A stretch of 51,652 bases of DNA from Actinomycetota bacterium (GCA_038244455.1 JBBRTK010000001.1:1-51652), one strand, 5' to 3'. Positions 9,660-18,376 are shown, numbered from the stretch's first letter. Numbers and translations are program-made. Notes: generated by a model not told the origin, from the sequence alone.

Positions 9660-10598
9660 CTAGGCCGTGTGGGAGTCGTGCTCGTGCGGGTCCACGTGGA
9701 CGGCCGCCTCGGCCAGGCGAGGAACGTCTCGCAGGAGCGAACCGCGAACCAGCTCGGCGATGGCGTGTCCGGCCTCCACCGACAGGGACGGGTCGACGTC
9801 GATGCTGAGTTCGGATCGGAGCTGGTGGCCGGTCCAGCGGGCTCTGGCCTCCCCTACGTGCTCCACGCCTGGGACGGCCGAGGCCACCGCCTCGATCAAG
9901 GTCACGGTCTGTTCGTCTGTGCCGTCGAGCATGCGGTGCAGCACCGACGCGGCTGCGTTCCAGAGCGTCAGCGAGATGACGACCGTGATGGCAAGGCCGA
10001 TCGCCGGGTCGGCCCAGTCGAGCCCAGCCAGCGCGGCTAGCGCGGATACCACCACGCCGAGCGAAGCCAGACCGTCGGTTCGGGCGTGGAGCCCGTCGGC
10101 GACCAGCGCCGTCGACCCGATCCGCTTCCCGACGCGGATCCGGTAGATCGAAACGACCTCGTTACCAGCGACCCCGGCCAGGCCTGCCGCCAACACCCAG
10201 GGCACCTGTCGCAGAGGGTGGGGGTGGAACAGGTGCTGGATGGCGACGATCGCGGCGAGGACGGCCGAAGCCGCGATGAGCAAGACGATGACGATCCCGG
10301 CCACATCCTCGGCCCGATGGTAGCCGTAGGTGTAGCGGCGGTTCGGGGGCCGGCGCGCCAGCCGGAACGCGATGAGGAGCGGGATGGCGGTGAGCGCGTC
10401 GGTGAAGTTGTGGATGGTGTCGGCGACGAGCGAGACCGACCCGCTCAGGGCCACGACGGTTAGCTGAAGTCCCGCGGTCAGAGCCAGGATGCCGAGCGTG
10501 ATCCAGGTGACGCGTACCCCTTGGGAGGTGGCCATGAGCGAGACATCCGCGGGTCCGAAGTGTTCGTGGCCGTGTTCGTGAGCTGGTGGTTCGCTCAC
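9660..10598 (-). CDS. Cation diffusion facilitator (CDF) family metal efflux transporter
   Basis: LVADTIHNFTDAL (HxxxD), YGYHRAEDVAG, and a His-rich N-terminus (HEHGHEH). I prefer GTG 10598, which overlaps the upstream stop (GTGA at 10595-10598). The 10739 start would overlap the upstream gene by 145 nt. Confidence 0.85.
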   Translation of the reverse strand: MSEPPAHEHGHEHFGPADVSLMATSQGVRVTWITLGILALTAGLQLTVVALSGSVSLVADTIHNFTDALTAIPLLIAFRLARRPPNRRYTYGYHRAEDVAGIVIVLLIAASAVLAAIVAIQHLFHPHPLRQVPWVLAAGLAGVAGNEVVSIYRIRVGKRIGSTALVADGLHARTDGLASLGVVVSALAALAGLDWADPAIGLAITVVISLTLWNAAASVLHRMLDGTDEQTVTLIEAVASAVPGVEHVGEARARWTGHQLRSELSIDVDPSLSVEAGHAIAELVRGSLLRDVPRLAEAAVHVDPHEHDSHTA

Positions 10599-11581
10599 TG
10601 CTGCATCTTCGGGAGCTTCGCCAGATCCTGGGCCACCGCGTTCGTGTCGAAGAGGGGCCCCCAACGGTTCAGGATCGTTCCGTCGGCACCGATCAGGTAC
10701 AGCCACGGTTCGGTGAGGTCGTTGTTGCGGTAGAGCCAATCCGCGGCAGCCTTGTTGATGACCGCGCCGGAGGTCCCGTACTTGCGATAGATCTCCACGT
10801 GGATGAACACCGCGCGGTCCGCGTACTGCTTGGCCAGGGTTTCCACAGCGTCGGTGGTGGGTCCGCAGAACTGGCTCTGGCAGTAGACCGGCGTCGAGAA
10901 GATCACCAGGATCGGCCGATGCTGCGCCAGCGCCGCGCGGATGGTGATCTGGTGCAACACCGGGTCGGGGACCGGGGTCGAGCCTTGGGCCCGGGAGTCG
11001 ATGGCGCTGTTCGGCACACCCTTGGTCCCGATGATCGGGTTGTCGGCGGGGATGGCCTTCTGGCTGGGCGCGGGAAGGATGGGCGAGGTGTTCACGGTGA
11101 AGGCCGCCGTGAGCGTTTGCGTTCCCGATCCGGTCACGTCGGCGGTGATGGTCGCCTGCCAGAAGCCGGCCGCGTCGAACGTCACGCCGGGGGCCGAGTA
11201 GACGCCGCGCGCGGCGGCCGGGTTGCTGAGGGTGGGAGCCGGCCCGCTGGGTGTGGTACCGGGCGCGGCGATGTAGCTGGCGATGGCGTCGCTCTTGGCG
11301 ACCGGCTGCGAGGACCCGCCCGTCCCCAGGAAGTCCAGGTGGACCTTCACCGTCCCGAACGTCACCAGCTGGATGCCCTGGCCACTGGAGTGCTGGATGC
11401 CGAACTCGAAGTCCTGCGGTGGGCCCACGTAGAGGTCGCTGCTGGCCACCTGTGCGGAGAACGTGGAGGAGGGCGCCCCGGACGTGGCGGGTTTGGGGGT
11501 TGGGTTGCTCGTGCAGGATACGCCGAGAACCACGAGCGCCACACTCCAGGCCAAGATCCGGAACCGTGTCATGGCGTCCAT
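10595..11581 (-). CDS. Secreted lipoprotein with a C-terminal thioredoxin-fold domain (TlpA/redoxin-like, atypical Cys motif)
   Basis: Lipobox LGVSC after MTRFRILAWSVALVV. C-terminal ILVIFSTPVYCQSQFCGPTTDAVETLAK resembles a redoxin active-site region. Start is ATG 11581 or ATG 11572. The longer 11695 start would run into ogt. Confidence 0.7.
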   Translation of the reverse strand: MDAMTRFRILAWSVALVVLGVSCTSNPTPKPATSGAPSSTFSAQVASSDLYVGPPQDFEFGIQHSSGQGIQLVTFGTVKVHLDFLGTGGSSQPVAKSDAIASYIAAPGTTPSGPAPTLSNPAAARGVYSAPGVTFDAAGFWQATITADVTGSGTQTLTAAFTVNTSPILPAPSQKAIPADNPIIGTKGVPNSAIDSRAQGSTPVPDPVLHQITIRAALAQHRPILVIFSTPVYCQSQFCGPTTDAVETLAKQYADRAVFIHVEIYRKYGTSGAVINKAAADWLYRNNDLTEPWLYLIGADGTILNRWGPLFDTNAVAQDLAKLPKMQQ

Positions 11582-11612
11582 CTTCTCGCGGATGGCGCGA
11601 AACGGCCCGCCA

Positions 11613-12113
11613 TCACTCGATCGCCCCTTCCAGTCGCAGAAGGAACCGGCGGCGTTCGTCGTTCCCGCCGTAAGAGCCAAGGGATGGTCCCGCACCCACC
11701 ACGCGATGGCAGGGGACGAACAGTTCGATCCGGCAGCGCGCCAGGGCGCCGCCGGCAGCCCGCGCCGCCCGCGGGCTGCCCGCAGCGGCCGCCAGGTCCC
11801 CGTAGGTTCGAAGTTCGCCGTAGGGGACGGTGCGGGCCCCTTCGAGCACCCGGCGGGAGAAGCCGTTCCCGGCCGAGCGCAGGTCTACCGGCGCCTGGAA
11901 CCGGCGTAGCCGTCCCGCGAAGTACGCGTCGAGCTCACGTCCGACCCGGCCCGATCCGGCGGCCGCACCCCTCAGCTCCACGCCGAGGCTTCGTGCGAAG
12001 GCCTCGGGTTCGCTGGGGTCGTCGGTAGCGAAGGTAGCCACCACGCCGCCGGTCCCCATCACCACGGTCATCGGCCCGAGCGGCGTGTCCGCGACCAGGA
12101 AGGTAAGGCTCAT
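11613..12113 (-). CDS. ogt: Methylated-DNA--protein-cysteine methyltransferase
   Basis: PCHRVV active site and VPYGELRTYGDLA. ATG 12113 overlaps the upstream stop (ATGA at 12110-12113). The rest of the 349-aa ORF is a spurious extension. Confidence 0.9.
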   Translation of the reverse strand: MSLTFLVADTPLGPMTVVMGTGGVVATFATDDPSEPEAFARSLGVELRGAAAGSGRVGRELDAYFAGRLRRFQAPVDLRSAGNGFSRRVLEGARTVPYGELRTYGDLAAAAGSPRAARAAGGALARCRIELFVPCHRVVGAGPSLGSYGGNDERRRFLLRLEGAIE

Positions 12114-12820
12114 ACGGGGGGCCAGGGGAATGGCCGCCCGGGTCCCGGTTCCGGGTAGGTGCCGCCATCGATGACCTCGCGCGCCCGCGTGGCCATGGCG
12201 CGCAGTTCGGCGGGGGATAGGAGCGCCGCGAGCTCCTCGCCAAGAGGGCCGGCGGCGAGTCCCGCGAGGAACCGCTCGACATCGGCCAGGAGCGAAGGAT
12301 CGATGGGCTCGCCGACGAACGTCCAGATGACCGTTCGCAGCTTCGGTTCCTCGTTGAAGCAGACGCCGTGGTCGATGAGCCAGATGACGCCGTCCGCCGC
12401 CAGGAGGCAATGCCCTCCCTTGCGATCCGCGTTGTTGATGAGCAGATCGAACACCGCCACCTTGCGGAACTCGGCCGCGCGTTCCACCTCCATGGTGAAG
12501 AAGTGCTCGGACGGATCGAAGTCGATGAAGGCCTGAACGGAGCCGACGCCGTGGGGACCGTCGCGGACCAGCGTGGGCGGGACGTTCGGCCATCCGAGTT
12601 CCCGGCTCACCAGGTAGGCAGCGGCCTCCCGCTGGTGCAGCGTGCCCTCGGGGAAGTCCCACAGGGGAGTTTCGCCCCGCTGGGGCTTATAGACGACCAG
12701 GAGATCCTCGGGATCTCCCTTGGCGCGGGCGAGGAACGCGTAGTTCGACGAATCGGGGAGGACGCCCAGCAGTTCGAGCTCCCCCTGAGCGAGCGCCGTG
12801 GGGATCGCCGGGTCGCTCAC
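12110..12820 (-). CDS. SCO1664-family protein (PI3/PI4-kinase-like domain), conserved actinobacterial protein of unknown function
   Basis: LLINNADRKGGHCL...WLIDHGVCF kinase-like catalytic-loop motifs. Ordered after the phosphomutase and DUF3090 genes, as in other actinobacteria. GTG 12820 overlaps the DUF3090 stop (GTGA). Confidence 0.75.
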   Translation of the reverse strand: MSDPAIPTALAQGELELLGVLPDSSNYAFLARAKGDPEDLLVVYKPQRGETPLWDFPEGTLHQREAAAYLVSRELGWPNVPPTLVRDGPHGVGSVQAFIDFDPSEHFFTMEVERAAEFRKVAVFDLLINNADRKGGHCLLAADGVIWLIDHGVCFNEEPKLRTVIWTFVGEPIDPSLLADVERFLAGLAAGPLGEELAALLSPAELRAMATRAREVIDGGTYPEPGPGRPFPWPPV

Positions 12821-13335
12821 TCGTGTTTCGAATGTCCGTTCATCGCGGCGCATACGTGGCCTTCCGGCGACATCGGGTTGCCGCAGAACTGGCAGAGTGG
12901 CCGCCCCTGTGCGGCCACCGCCGACCCGTACCTGGCGAACGCGAACATCTGCTCCCTGGTAGCCCAGGCCTGTATCTCCTCGGCGTCGGCGAACTCGGCG
13001 GCCTGCGGATCATCCGCTTCCAACTCCGGGACGAATTCAGCGATCTCCACGAGGAAGCGATCTCGGTCCTGCTCGTATCCGAGCGACAGCCGTCCCGCAC
13101 GCCAGCGCGGCTCGAACGGTTCTTCCAACGCCATGGCCTCGTCGGCGGGTCCGGTGCCGGTCTCGAGTTCGAGGGTGGAGAGGAGCTCCAGCACGGAGGC
13201 GGCGAGCAGCTGCACCTGCTGCTTCTCCACGATCACCGTCACCAGTTCTGTCCCGTGGGCCTGCAGGTAGAAGACGCGGGCACCCGGCTCGCCGATGGCG
13301 TCCGCGGTGATGCGTTCGACCGAGCCCAGGTCCAT
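12817..13335 (-). CDS. DUF3090-family protein
   Basis: ITADAIGEPGARVFYLQAHG... and a C-terminal CQFCGNPMSPEGHVC Cys cluster. ATG at 13335. The 469-aa ORF 12817..14226 is an artefactual upstream extension through the neighbouring gene. Confidence 0.8.
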   Translation of the reverse strand: MDLGSVERITADAIGEPGARVFYLQAHGTELVTVIVEKQQVQLLAASVLELLSTLELETGTGPADEAMALEEPFEPRWRAGRLSLGYEQDRDRFLVEIAEFVPELEADDPQAAEFADAEEIQAWATREQMFAFARYGSAVAAQGRPLCQFCGNPMSPEGHVCAAMNGHSKHE

Positions 13336-13340
13336 GGCGC

Positions 13341-14033
13341 CTATCCTCGCAGGTTCTTCCGGCCCGGTCCGCGGGGCGCGTCCGAGACCGTAGCGGCTTC
13401 CCACGGCGCATCGATCTGCCCGGGGCCGAAGCGCCGCAGCGCGCCCACCGTGTCGTTGACCAACAGGACCGCTGCCCGCCCGCCACCGATCGCGAGCACC
13501 GACACCGACGCCGTGTCGGCGACCATCCGTTGGAACGCGTCGAGGCCGGCCCCGCTGTAGTGGTTCAGCAGTACCCGGACGATATCCCCGTGTGTGGCCA
13601 CCGCGACCCGGCCGTGCCGGTGCCGCTTCGCGATCCGTTCGATCTCGCTCACCACGCGGTCCCGGGCTTCGGAGAAGCTCTCGCCTCCTGGGAAGCGGAA
13701 CGTGGACGGGGATGTCTGGACCTGGCTCCACGCCTTCAGATGACGCAGGCGCTGGAGCGGCTTGCCGGTCCAGGTGCCGGCGTCCATCTCGATCAGCTCG
13801 TGGCGTTCCTCGAGGTGGAGACGCTGCGTGGCGGCGAGCGGCTCGACGGTTCGCACGCAGCGTTCGAGCGGACTCGAATACAAGGCTGTGAGCTTCACTC
13901 CGTCGAACCGAGCAGCGAGGCGCTCGGCCTGCGCCCGGCCCCGGTGATCCAATGGGAAACCGCCGCTGCGGCCGTACAGGGTGATGCCGGTTCGCGCGGT
14001 CAGACCGTGCCGGATGAGGAAGATGGTGGTCAC
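13341..14033 (-). CDS. Histidine phosphatase family protein (MSMEG_4193-type putative phosphomutase)
   Basis: IFLIRHGLTARTG (RHG motif) and VATHGD. GTG 14033 overlaps the kinase stop (GTGA at 14030-14033). Confidence 0.85.
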   Translation of the reverse strand: MTTIFLIRHGLTARTGITLYGRSGGFPLDHRGRAQAERLAARFDGVKLTALYSSPLERCVRTVEPLAATQRLHLEERHELIEMDAGTWTGKPLQRLRHLKAWSQVQTSPSTFRFPGGESFSEARDRVVSEIERIAKRHRHGRVAVATHGDIVRVLLNHYSGAGLDAFQRMVADTASVSVLAIGGGRAAVLLVNDTVGALRRFGPGQIDAPWEAATVSDAPRGPGRKNLRG

Positions 14034-15193
14034 GGACCGGGAGCATACGCGGGCAGTCGCACCTCGAACGTGCTCCCAGATCCGAGTTCGCTCTGCACGC
14101 TGACGCCGCCGCCGAGGTTCTCGGCGATGTGCTTGACGATGGCGAGCCCCAGGCCCGTGCCGCCGGTTTCCCGAGACCGGGCGCGGTCGACGCGATAGAA
14201 CCGTTCGAACACACGGGGCAGTTCACGCGAGGCGATGCCGATCCCGGTGTCTCGAACAGTGAGGATCACCTGATCTGCGGCGGCGTTCACCTCGACCGCG
14301 ATCGAGCCACCGGACTTGGTGTATCTGACGGCGTTGTCGACGAGGTTGCGAACCAGCAGGGCGAGATCGCGCGCCGAACCCAGGACCGGCGGCACTACGC
14401 CCGTGTCAACGGTCAGTTCGAGGCCCGTCTCCTTGATCAGATCCGCGCTCCTCGAGCACTCCTCCTTGACCAGGGCGTCCAGGCGAACGGGCTCGGTGGC
14501 CTGGCTCCCACTCTCCAGCCGTGACAGGTCTAGCAGGTCGGCCACGATCCGGGAGAGGCGAAGCGACTCCCGCTGCAGCTGCTCGGCGAAGCGCGGCACG
14601 GCCGAGGGGTCTTCGGTCACGACCGTGCTCAGCGTTTCCGCCGCCGCCTGGATAGCGGCGGCCGGCGTCTTCAGTTCGTGCGAGGCATTCGTGACGAAAT
14701 CCCTGCGAACCAGATCGATCCGCAATGCCTCCGTGACGTCGCGGACCACCAGCAGCACGGCGCCTTCGGAACCCGCTGGCGTTGCCGTCGCCCGCAGAAC
14801 CCGACTCGGCGTGCCGATCTCCGCTTCGGCGCGCTGCTCCGAGCCCACGTACCCCGCCCGCTGCACCGCCTTCTGCAGATCGAGTGGTAGCAGCGAGCCG
14901 ACGTCGGCGGGAGCGGTCTCAAGGAGCGCTTCCGCGGCTCGGTTCGCGAAGACCGTAGACCCCTCCTCATCGAACAGGAGCACCCCGTCGTCCATGGATT
15001 CGAGGATGAGGCCCTGCACCTGCAGGTGCTCACGCGTGTCCTGGCGCTGCGCTTCGAGGGCCGACTCGGCGGCTTCGGAGGCGGCGGTGGCACGCAGGAG
15101 GTGGCCTCGCAGAGCCCGACGCCCGAGGAAACTGCCGGCCGCGGCCCCTGCGGCCGCGAGCACAAGCGCGAGCGTCACCGACAGCGTGTTCAT
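14030..15193 (-). CDS. Sensor histidine kinase, SenX3/PhoR-like (one TM helix, PAS, HisKA, HATPase_c)
   Basis: H-box SHELKTPAAAI. N-box LVDNAVRYT, G-boxes DTGIGI and GGTGLGLAIV. Divergent from pstS with a shared PHO box. Confidence 0.9.
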   Translation of the reverse strand: MNTLSVTLALVLAAAGAAAGSFLGRRALRGHLLRATAASEAAESALEAQRQDTREHLQVQGLILESMDDGVLLFDEEGSTVFANRAAEALLETAPADVGSLLPLDLQKAVQRAGYVGSEQRAEAEIGTPSRVLRATATPAGSEGAVLLVVRDVTEALRIDLVRRDFVTNASHELKTPAAAIQAAAETLSTVVTEDPSAVPRFAEQLQRESLRLSRIVADLLDLSRLESGSQATEPVRLDALVKEECSRSADLIKETGLELTVDTGVVPPVLGSARDLALLVRNLVDNAVRYTKSGGSIAVEVNAAADQVILTVRDTGIGIASRELPRVFERFYRVDRARSRETGGTGLGLAIVKHIAENLGGGVSVQSELGSGSTFEVRLPAYAPGP

Positions 15194-15230
15194 GCCCCAG
15201 AGTCTAGGGTGCCGGCTCCTTCAGGTCCGT

Positions 15231-15252
15231 GTTCACCCGGCGTTCATCCGGG
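15231..15252 (+). promoter_or_regulatory. Candidate PHO box: two tandem 11-nt direct repeat units, GTTCACCCGGC and GTTCATCCGGG
   Basis: Read directly. It lies 68 nt upstream of the pstS ATG and 38 nt upstream of the divergent kinase start. It fits the Streptomyces PhoP consensus G(G/T)TCAYYYR(G/C)G. Confidence 0.6.
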
Positions 15253-15319
15253 GGCCACCGGTCGGCAACCCCAACGCGGAACCATATGGGTCAGACCGAA
15301 CTCCAGAAGGAGATAGCTG

Positions 15320-16420
15320 ATGAGGACGCGGAAGCTTGCGGTGGTCGCGGGGATCGTCTCCCTTGCCGTCATCGCCGCAGCATGCAGCAGCAAGAGCTCA
15401 ACGTCGACGGGCGGTGGCGGGGCCACGACCAACACCGGAGTGCCGCTCACCGGCGCCGGCTCGACCTTCGCCGCCCCCATCTACACCCAGTGGGGCAAGG
15501 ACTTCAACGCCGTCGAATCCGGGGCGCAGGTCAACTACCAGGCCATCGGTTCGGGCGGCGGTATCGACGCCATCACGAAGCAAGCGGCCGACTTCGGGGC
15601 ATCTGACGCCCCGCTGCAGGCCGACGCGTTGGCGGCGATGCCGGCCGATGCCGTGCAGATCCCGACGGTTCTCGGCGGGATCGCGATCGCGTACAACCTC
15701 CCGGGACTGACGGCCCCGTTGAATCTTGATGGCCCGACGGCGGCCGGTGTCTTCCAAGGCACGATCACTACCTGGAACGATCCGGCGATCGCCACGCTGA
15801 ACCCGGGCGTCAGCCTGCCGAGCACCACGATCCGCCCGGTTCATCGCTCCGACGATTCGGGCTCGACGTTCGTCTTCACCAACTACCTGTCCTCGCAGAG
15901 CGCGACGTTCAAGAAGACGATCGGTGCTGACTCTACGGTCCAGTGGCCTTCGGGCGCTGCCGGCAAGGACGGCAGCGACGGGGTCGCCGGCTACCTCGTT
16001 CAGACCGAAGGAGCCGTCGGCTACATCTCCTACGATTACGCCGTGGCGAACAACCTTGGGTCTGCCGCGGTGAAGGCCTCCGACGGATCGTTCGTCGCTC
16101 CGTCCGTGGCTTCCATCAGCGCCGCCGGCGCCGGCCTGAAGTTCCCGATCGGTCCGGACACCAATGTGCTGAACTCCTCCGTCGCCGGCGCCTATCCGAT
16201 CGCGACCACGACCTACGTCATCGTCTACAAGGCGCAGGCCGATCAGGCGAAGGGGCAGACCCTGGTCGACTTCCTCCACTGGGGTCTGACGAAGGGCCAG
16301 GACACGGCCGCATCGCTGAACTACGCGCCGCTGCCCGGCGGCATCGCCTCCCAGGCGCTCGCCGCGTTGGCGACACTTACCTACAACGGCCAGCCCATCA
16401 CCCCGTCGGCTGGAGCATGA
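15320..16420 (+). CDS. pstS: Phosphate ABC transporter substrate-binding lipoprotein
   Basis: Lipobox IAAAC. LTGAGSTFAAPIY and GSGGGI motifs of PstS. Followed by pstCAB. Confidence 0.95.
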   Translation: MRTRKLAVVAGIVSLAVIAAACSSKSSTSTGGGGATTNTGVPLTGAGSTFAAPIYTQWGKDFNAVESGAQVNYQAIGSGGGIDAITKQAADFGASDAPLQADALAAMPADAVQIPTVLGGIAIAYNLPGLTAPLNLDGPTAAGVFQGTITTWNDPAIATLNPGVSLPSTTIRPVHRSDDSGSTFVFTNYLSSQSATFKKTIGADSTVQWPSGAAGKDGSDGVAGYLVQTEGAVGYISYDYAVANNLGSAAVKASDGSFVAPSVASISAAGAGLKFPIGPDTNVLNSSVAGAYPIATTTYVIVYKAQADQAKGQTLVDFLHWGLTKGQDTAASLNYAPLPGGIASQALAALATLTYNGQPITPSAGA

Positions 16421-16455
16421 TGGCTCCTTGACCGACCTACCACACACCCGGCGAA

Positions 16456-16486
16456 CGAGGACGCCGCCCGAAGGGCGGCGTCCTCG
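16456..16486 (+). terminator. Perfect 14-bp GC-rich hairpin (CGAGGACGCCGCCC-GAA-GGGCGGCGTCCTCG) between pstS and pstC; intra-operon attenuator or mRNA stabiliser
   Basis: Read directly. There is no U-tract, so it is probably a partial terminator or processing barrier rather than a full intrinsic terminator. Confidence 0.55.
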
Positions 16487-16490
16487 CCGC

Positions 16491-17489
16491 GTGGGTGACC
16501 GGCTGATGATCGGCCTCACCTTGGCCTCCGGGATCGTGCTCATCGGCGTCCTCGGTCTGGTGCTCGCCGTCCTGGCCAGCGGTGGCGCCCCGACATTCGC
16601 GAAGTTCGGGCTGAGGTTCCTAACCAGTTCGAGGTGGGATCCCCCGCACCAGGAGTTCGGCGCGCTGCCGTTCGTGTTCGGGACGTTGCTGACATCCTTC
16701 GTGGCGTTGGTTCTGTCGGTCCCCGTGGCCCTTGGCCTGGCCATCCTCCTGAACGAACCCATCTCGGGGAAGATCACCGGACCGCTGGCCACCTTCATCG
16801 ACGTGCTGGCCGCCATCCCCAGCGTGGTGTTCGGGTTGGTGGGGCTGTTCGTGCTGGCGCCGTGGCTTGAACAGCATGTCGAACCGCTCCTGCACACGAT
16901 CTTCGGCTGGGTTCCCGGCCTGGGGATGCTGTTCCCGGCGCTCTCGCGCGGTGTGAATGGCCGGGTGATCGGCGCGGGCGGCGATTACTTCGTGGCCGGC
17001 GTGGTGCTGTCCATCATGATCCTGCCCATCGTGACGGCCATCAGCCGCGAGGTGGTGGCCACCGTGCCCCGGGACCTGCGCGAAGCGGCCAAGGCGCTGG
17101 GTGCGACCAGGTACGAGACGATCCGCATGGCGGTCTTGCCCTACTCGGCGCAGGGGATCGCCGGGGCAGCCTTCCTAGGTCTGGGCCGCGCACTCGGCGA
17201 GACGATCGCCGTTTCGATGGTCATCGGGGGAGGGGCTTCCGTGGGCGCCAGCTTGTTCGCTCCCGGCCAGTCCATCGCTTCGGCGATCGCCAGCCAGTTC
17301 AACGGAGCGACGAACGCCCTGCAGCGGTCCTCGCTCCTGGCGCTCGGTGTGGTTTTGGTGGCGATGTCGTTCGGACTGGCGGCAGTGTCGAAGGCGTTGG
17401 TCGGCCGGGGAGCGCGCCGGCTGGAGCCCACGCCCGCGGACTTGGCGGATCCCGATCCGGGCAGCCCCGTGACGGCGGAGGCCGCCTGA
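16491..17489 (+). CDS. pstC: Phosphate ABC transporter permease PstC
   Basis: Multi-TM protein with EAAKALGATRYETIRMAVLP (EAA loop). I prefer GTG 16491, just after the hairpin. TTG 16428 would place the hairpin inside the CDS. Confidence 0.9.
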   Translation: MGDRLMIGLTLASGIVLIGVLGLVLAVLASGGAPTFAKFGLRFLTSSRWDPPHQEFGALPFVFGTLLTSFVALVLSVPVALGLAILLNEPISGKITGPLATFIDVLAAIPSVVFGLVGLFVLAPWLEQHVEPLLHTIFGWVPGLGMLFPALSRGVNGRVIGAGGDYFVAGVVLSIMILPIVTAISREVVATVPRDLREAAKALGATRYETIRMAVLPYSAQGIAGAAFLGLGRALGETIAVSMVIGGGASVGASLFAPGQSIASAIASQFNGATNALQRSSLLALGVVLVAMSFGLAAVSKALVGRGARRLEPTPADLADPDPGSPVTAEAA

Positions 17490-18376
17490 TGGCCACTGCG
17501 ACCGCGAACCGGCAGCCGCTCGCCACCGCGCTCACCCGTTCGCGCCGGGCGAAGGACCGGGCCTTCTCCCTGTTCTTGATGCTCTGTGCAGCGCTCGCGC
17601 TGGCCCCGCTCGCCGTGATCGCGGTGTTCGTCCTCGTGCGTGGTGCCGCTGCGCTCGATCTCAACTTCTTCACCAAACTTCCGCCGGGATCATTGGACCC
17701 TCCGCACACCGGTGGGATCTCGAACGCGATCGTGGGTACGGGGATGATCGTGGGACTCGCAGTGCTGATCTCGGTGCCGCTGGGCATCGCCACGGCGGTC
17801 TATCTGTCCGAGTACGGGCGAGGCCGGACGGCGACGGTCATCCGCTTCACGGCGAACACGCTGCTGTCGACGCCGTCCATCATCGCCGGCTTGGTGGTCG
17901 CCGCAACGGTCGTCACGTGGACCCACTCCTTCTCCGCGTACGCAGCGTCCCTGGCCATCTCGATCCTCATGTGGCCTGTGGTGACGCGCGCGACCGAGGA
18001 GGTGCTCCGCCTGGTGCCGCAGGAGCTGCGCGAAGGAGCGCTCGCGCTAGGCGTCCCCCGGTGGAAGGTGGTCCTCAAGATCGTGATCCCCACCGCAGGT
18101 TCGGGGATCCTGACCGGAGTGATGCTGGCGGTCTCGCGAGGCCTTGGTGAAACCGCGGCGATCCTCCTGACCGCTCTGGGGAACAACTACATGAACACGA
18201 GCTATGGGCGGCCGACGGCGTGGATCACCGGCTACATCTACTTCTGGGCCCGCCAACCCCAGGCGGTGCTCCAGCAGCTAGCCTGGGGGGCGGGACTGAC
18301 CCTGATGATGGCCGTGCTGCTGCTTTCGATCAGCGCTCGCGTGGTCTCGGTCCGCAGGCAACGGAGGCTTACGTGA
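17489..18376 (+). CDS. pstA: Phosphate ABC transporter permease PstA
   Basis: [23 protein letters not shown] loop and TM helices. The start overlaps the pstC stop (TGATG). Confidence 0.9.
   Translation: MATATANRQPLATALTRSRRAKDRAFSLFLMLCAALALAPLAVIAVFVLVRGAAALDLNFFTKLPPGSLDPPHTGGISNAIVGTGMIVGLAVLISVPLGIATAVYLSEYGRGRTATVIRFTANTLLSTPSIIAGLVVAATVVTWTHSFSAYAASLAISILMWPVVTRATEEVLRLVPQELREGALALGVPRWKVVLKIVIPTAGSGILTGVMLAVSRGLGETAAILLTALGNNYMNTSYGRPTAWITGYIYFWARQPQAVLQQLAWGAGLTLMMAVLLLSISARVVSVRRQRRLT

Noticed and set aside
10586-12028. 480-aa plus-strand ORF across the thioredoxin-lipoprotein and ogt genes
   Set aside because: It is a shadow ORF. The minus strand carries a lipobox plus redoxin motif and the PCHRV methyltransferase site. 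The plus-strand product is Arg/Gly/Pro-dominated.
12817-14226. 469-aa version of the DUF3090 ORF
   Set aside because: Only the last 172 codons (from ATG 13335) look like DUF3090. The upstream part runs out of frame through the histidine-phosphatase gene and into the kinase gene, and is Arg/Pro-rich.
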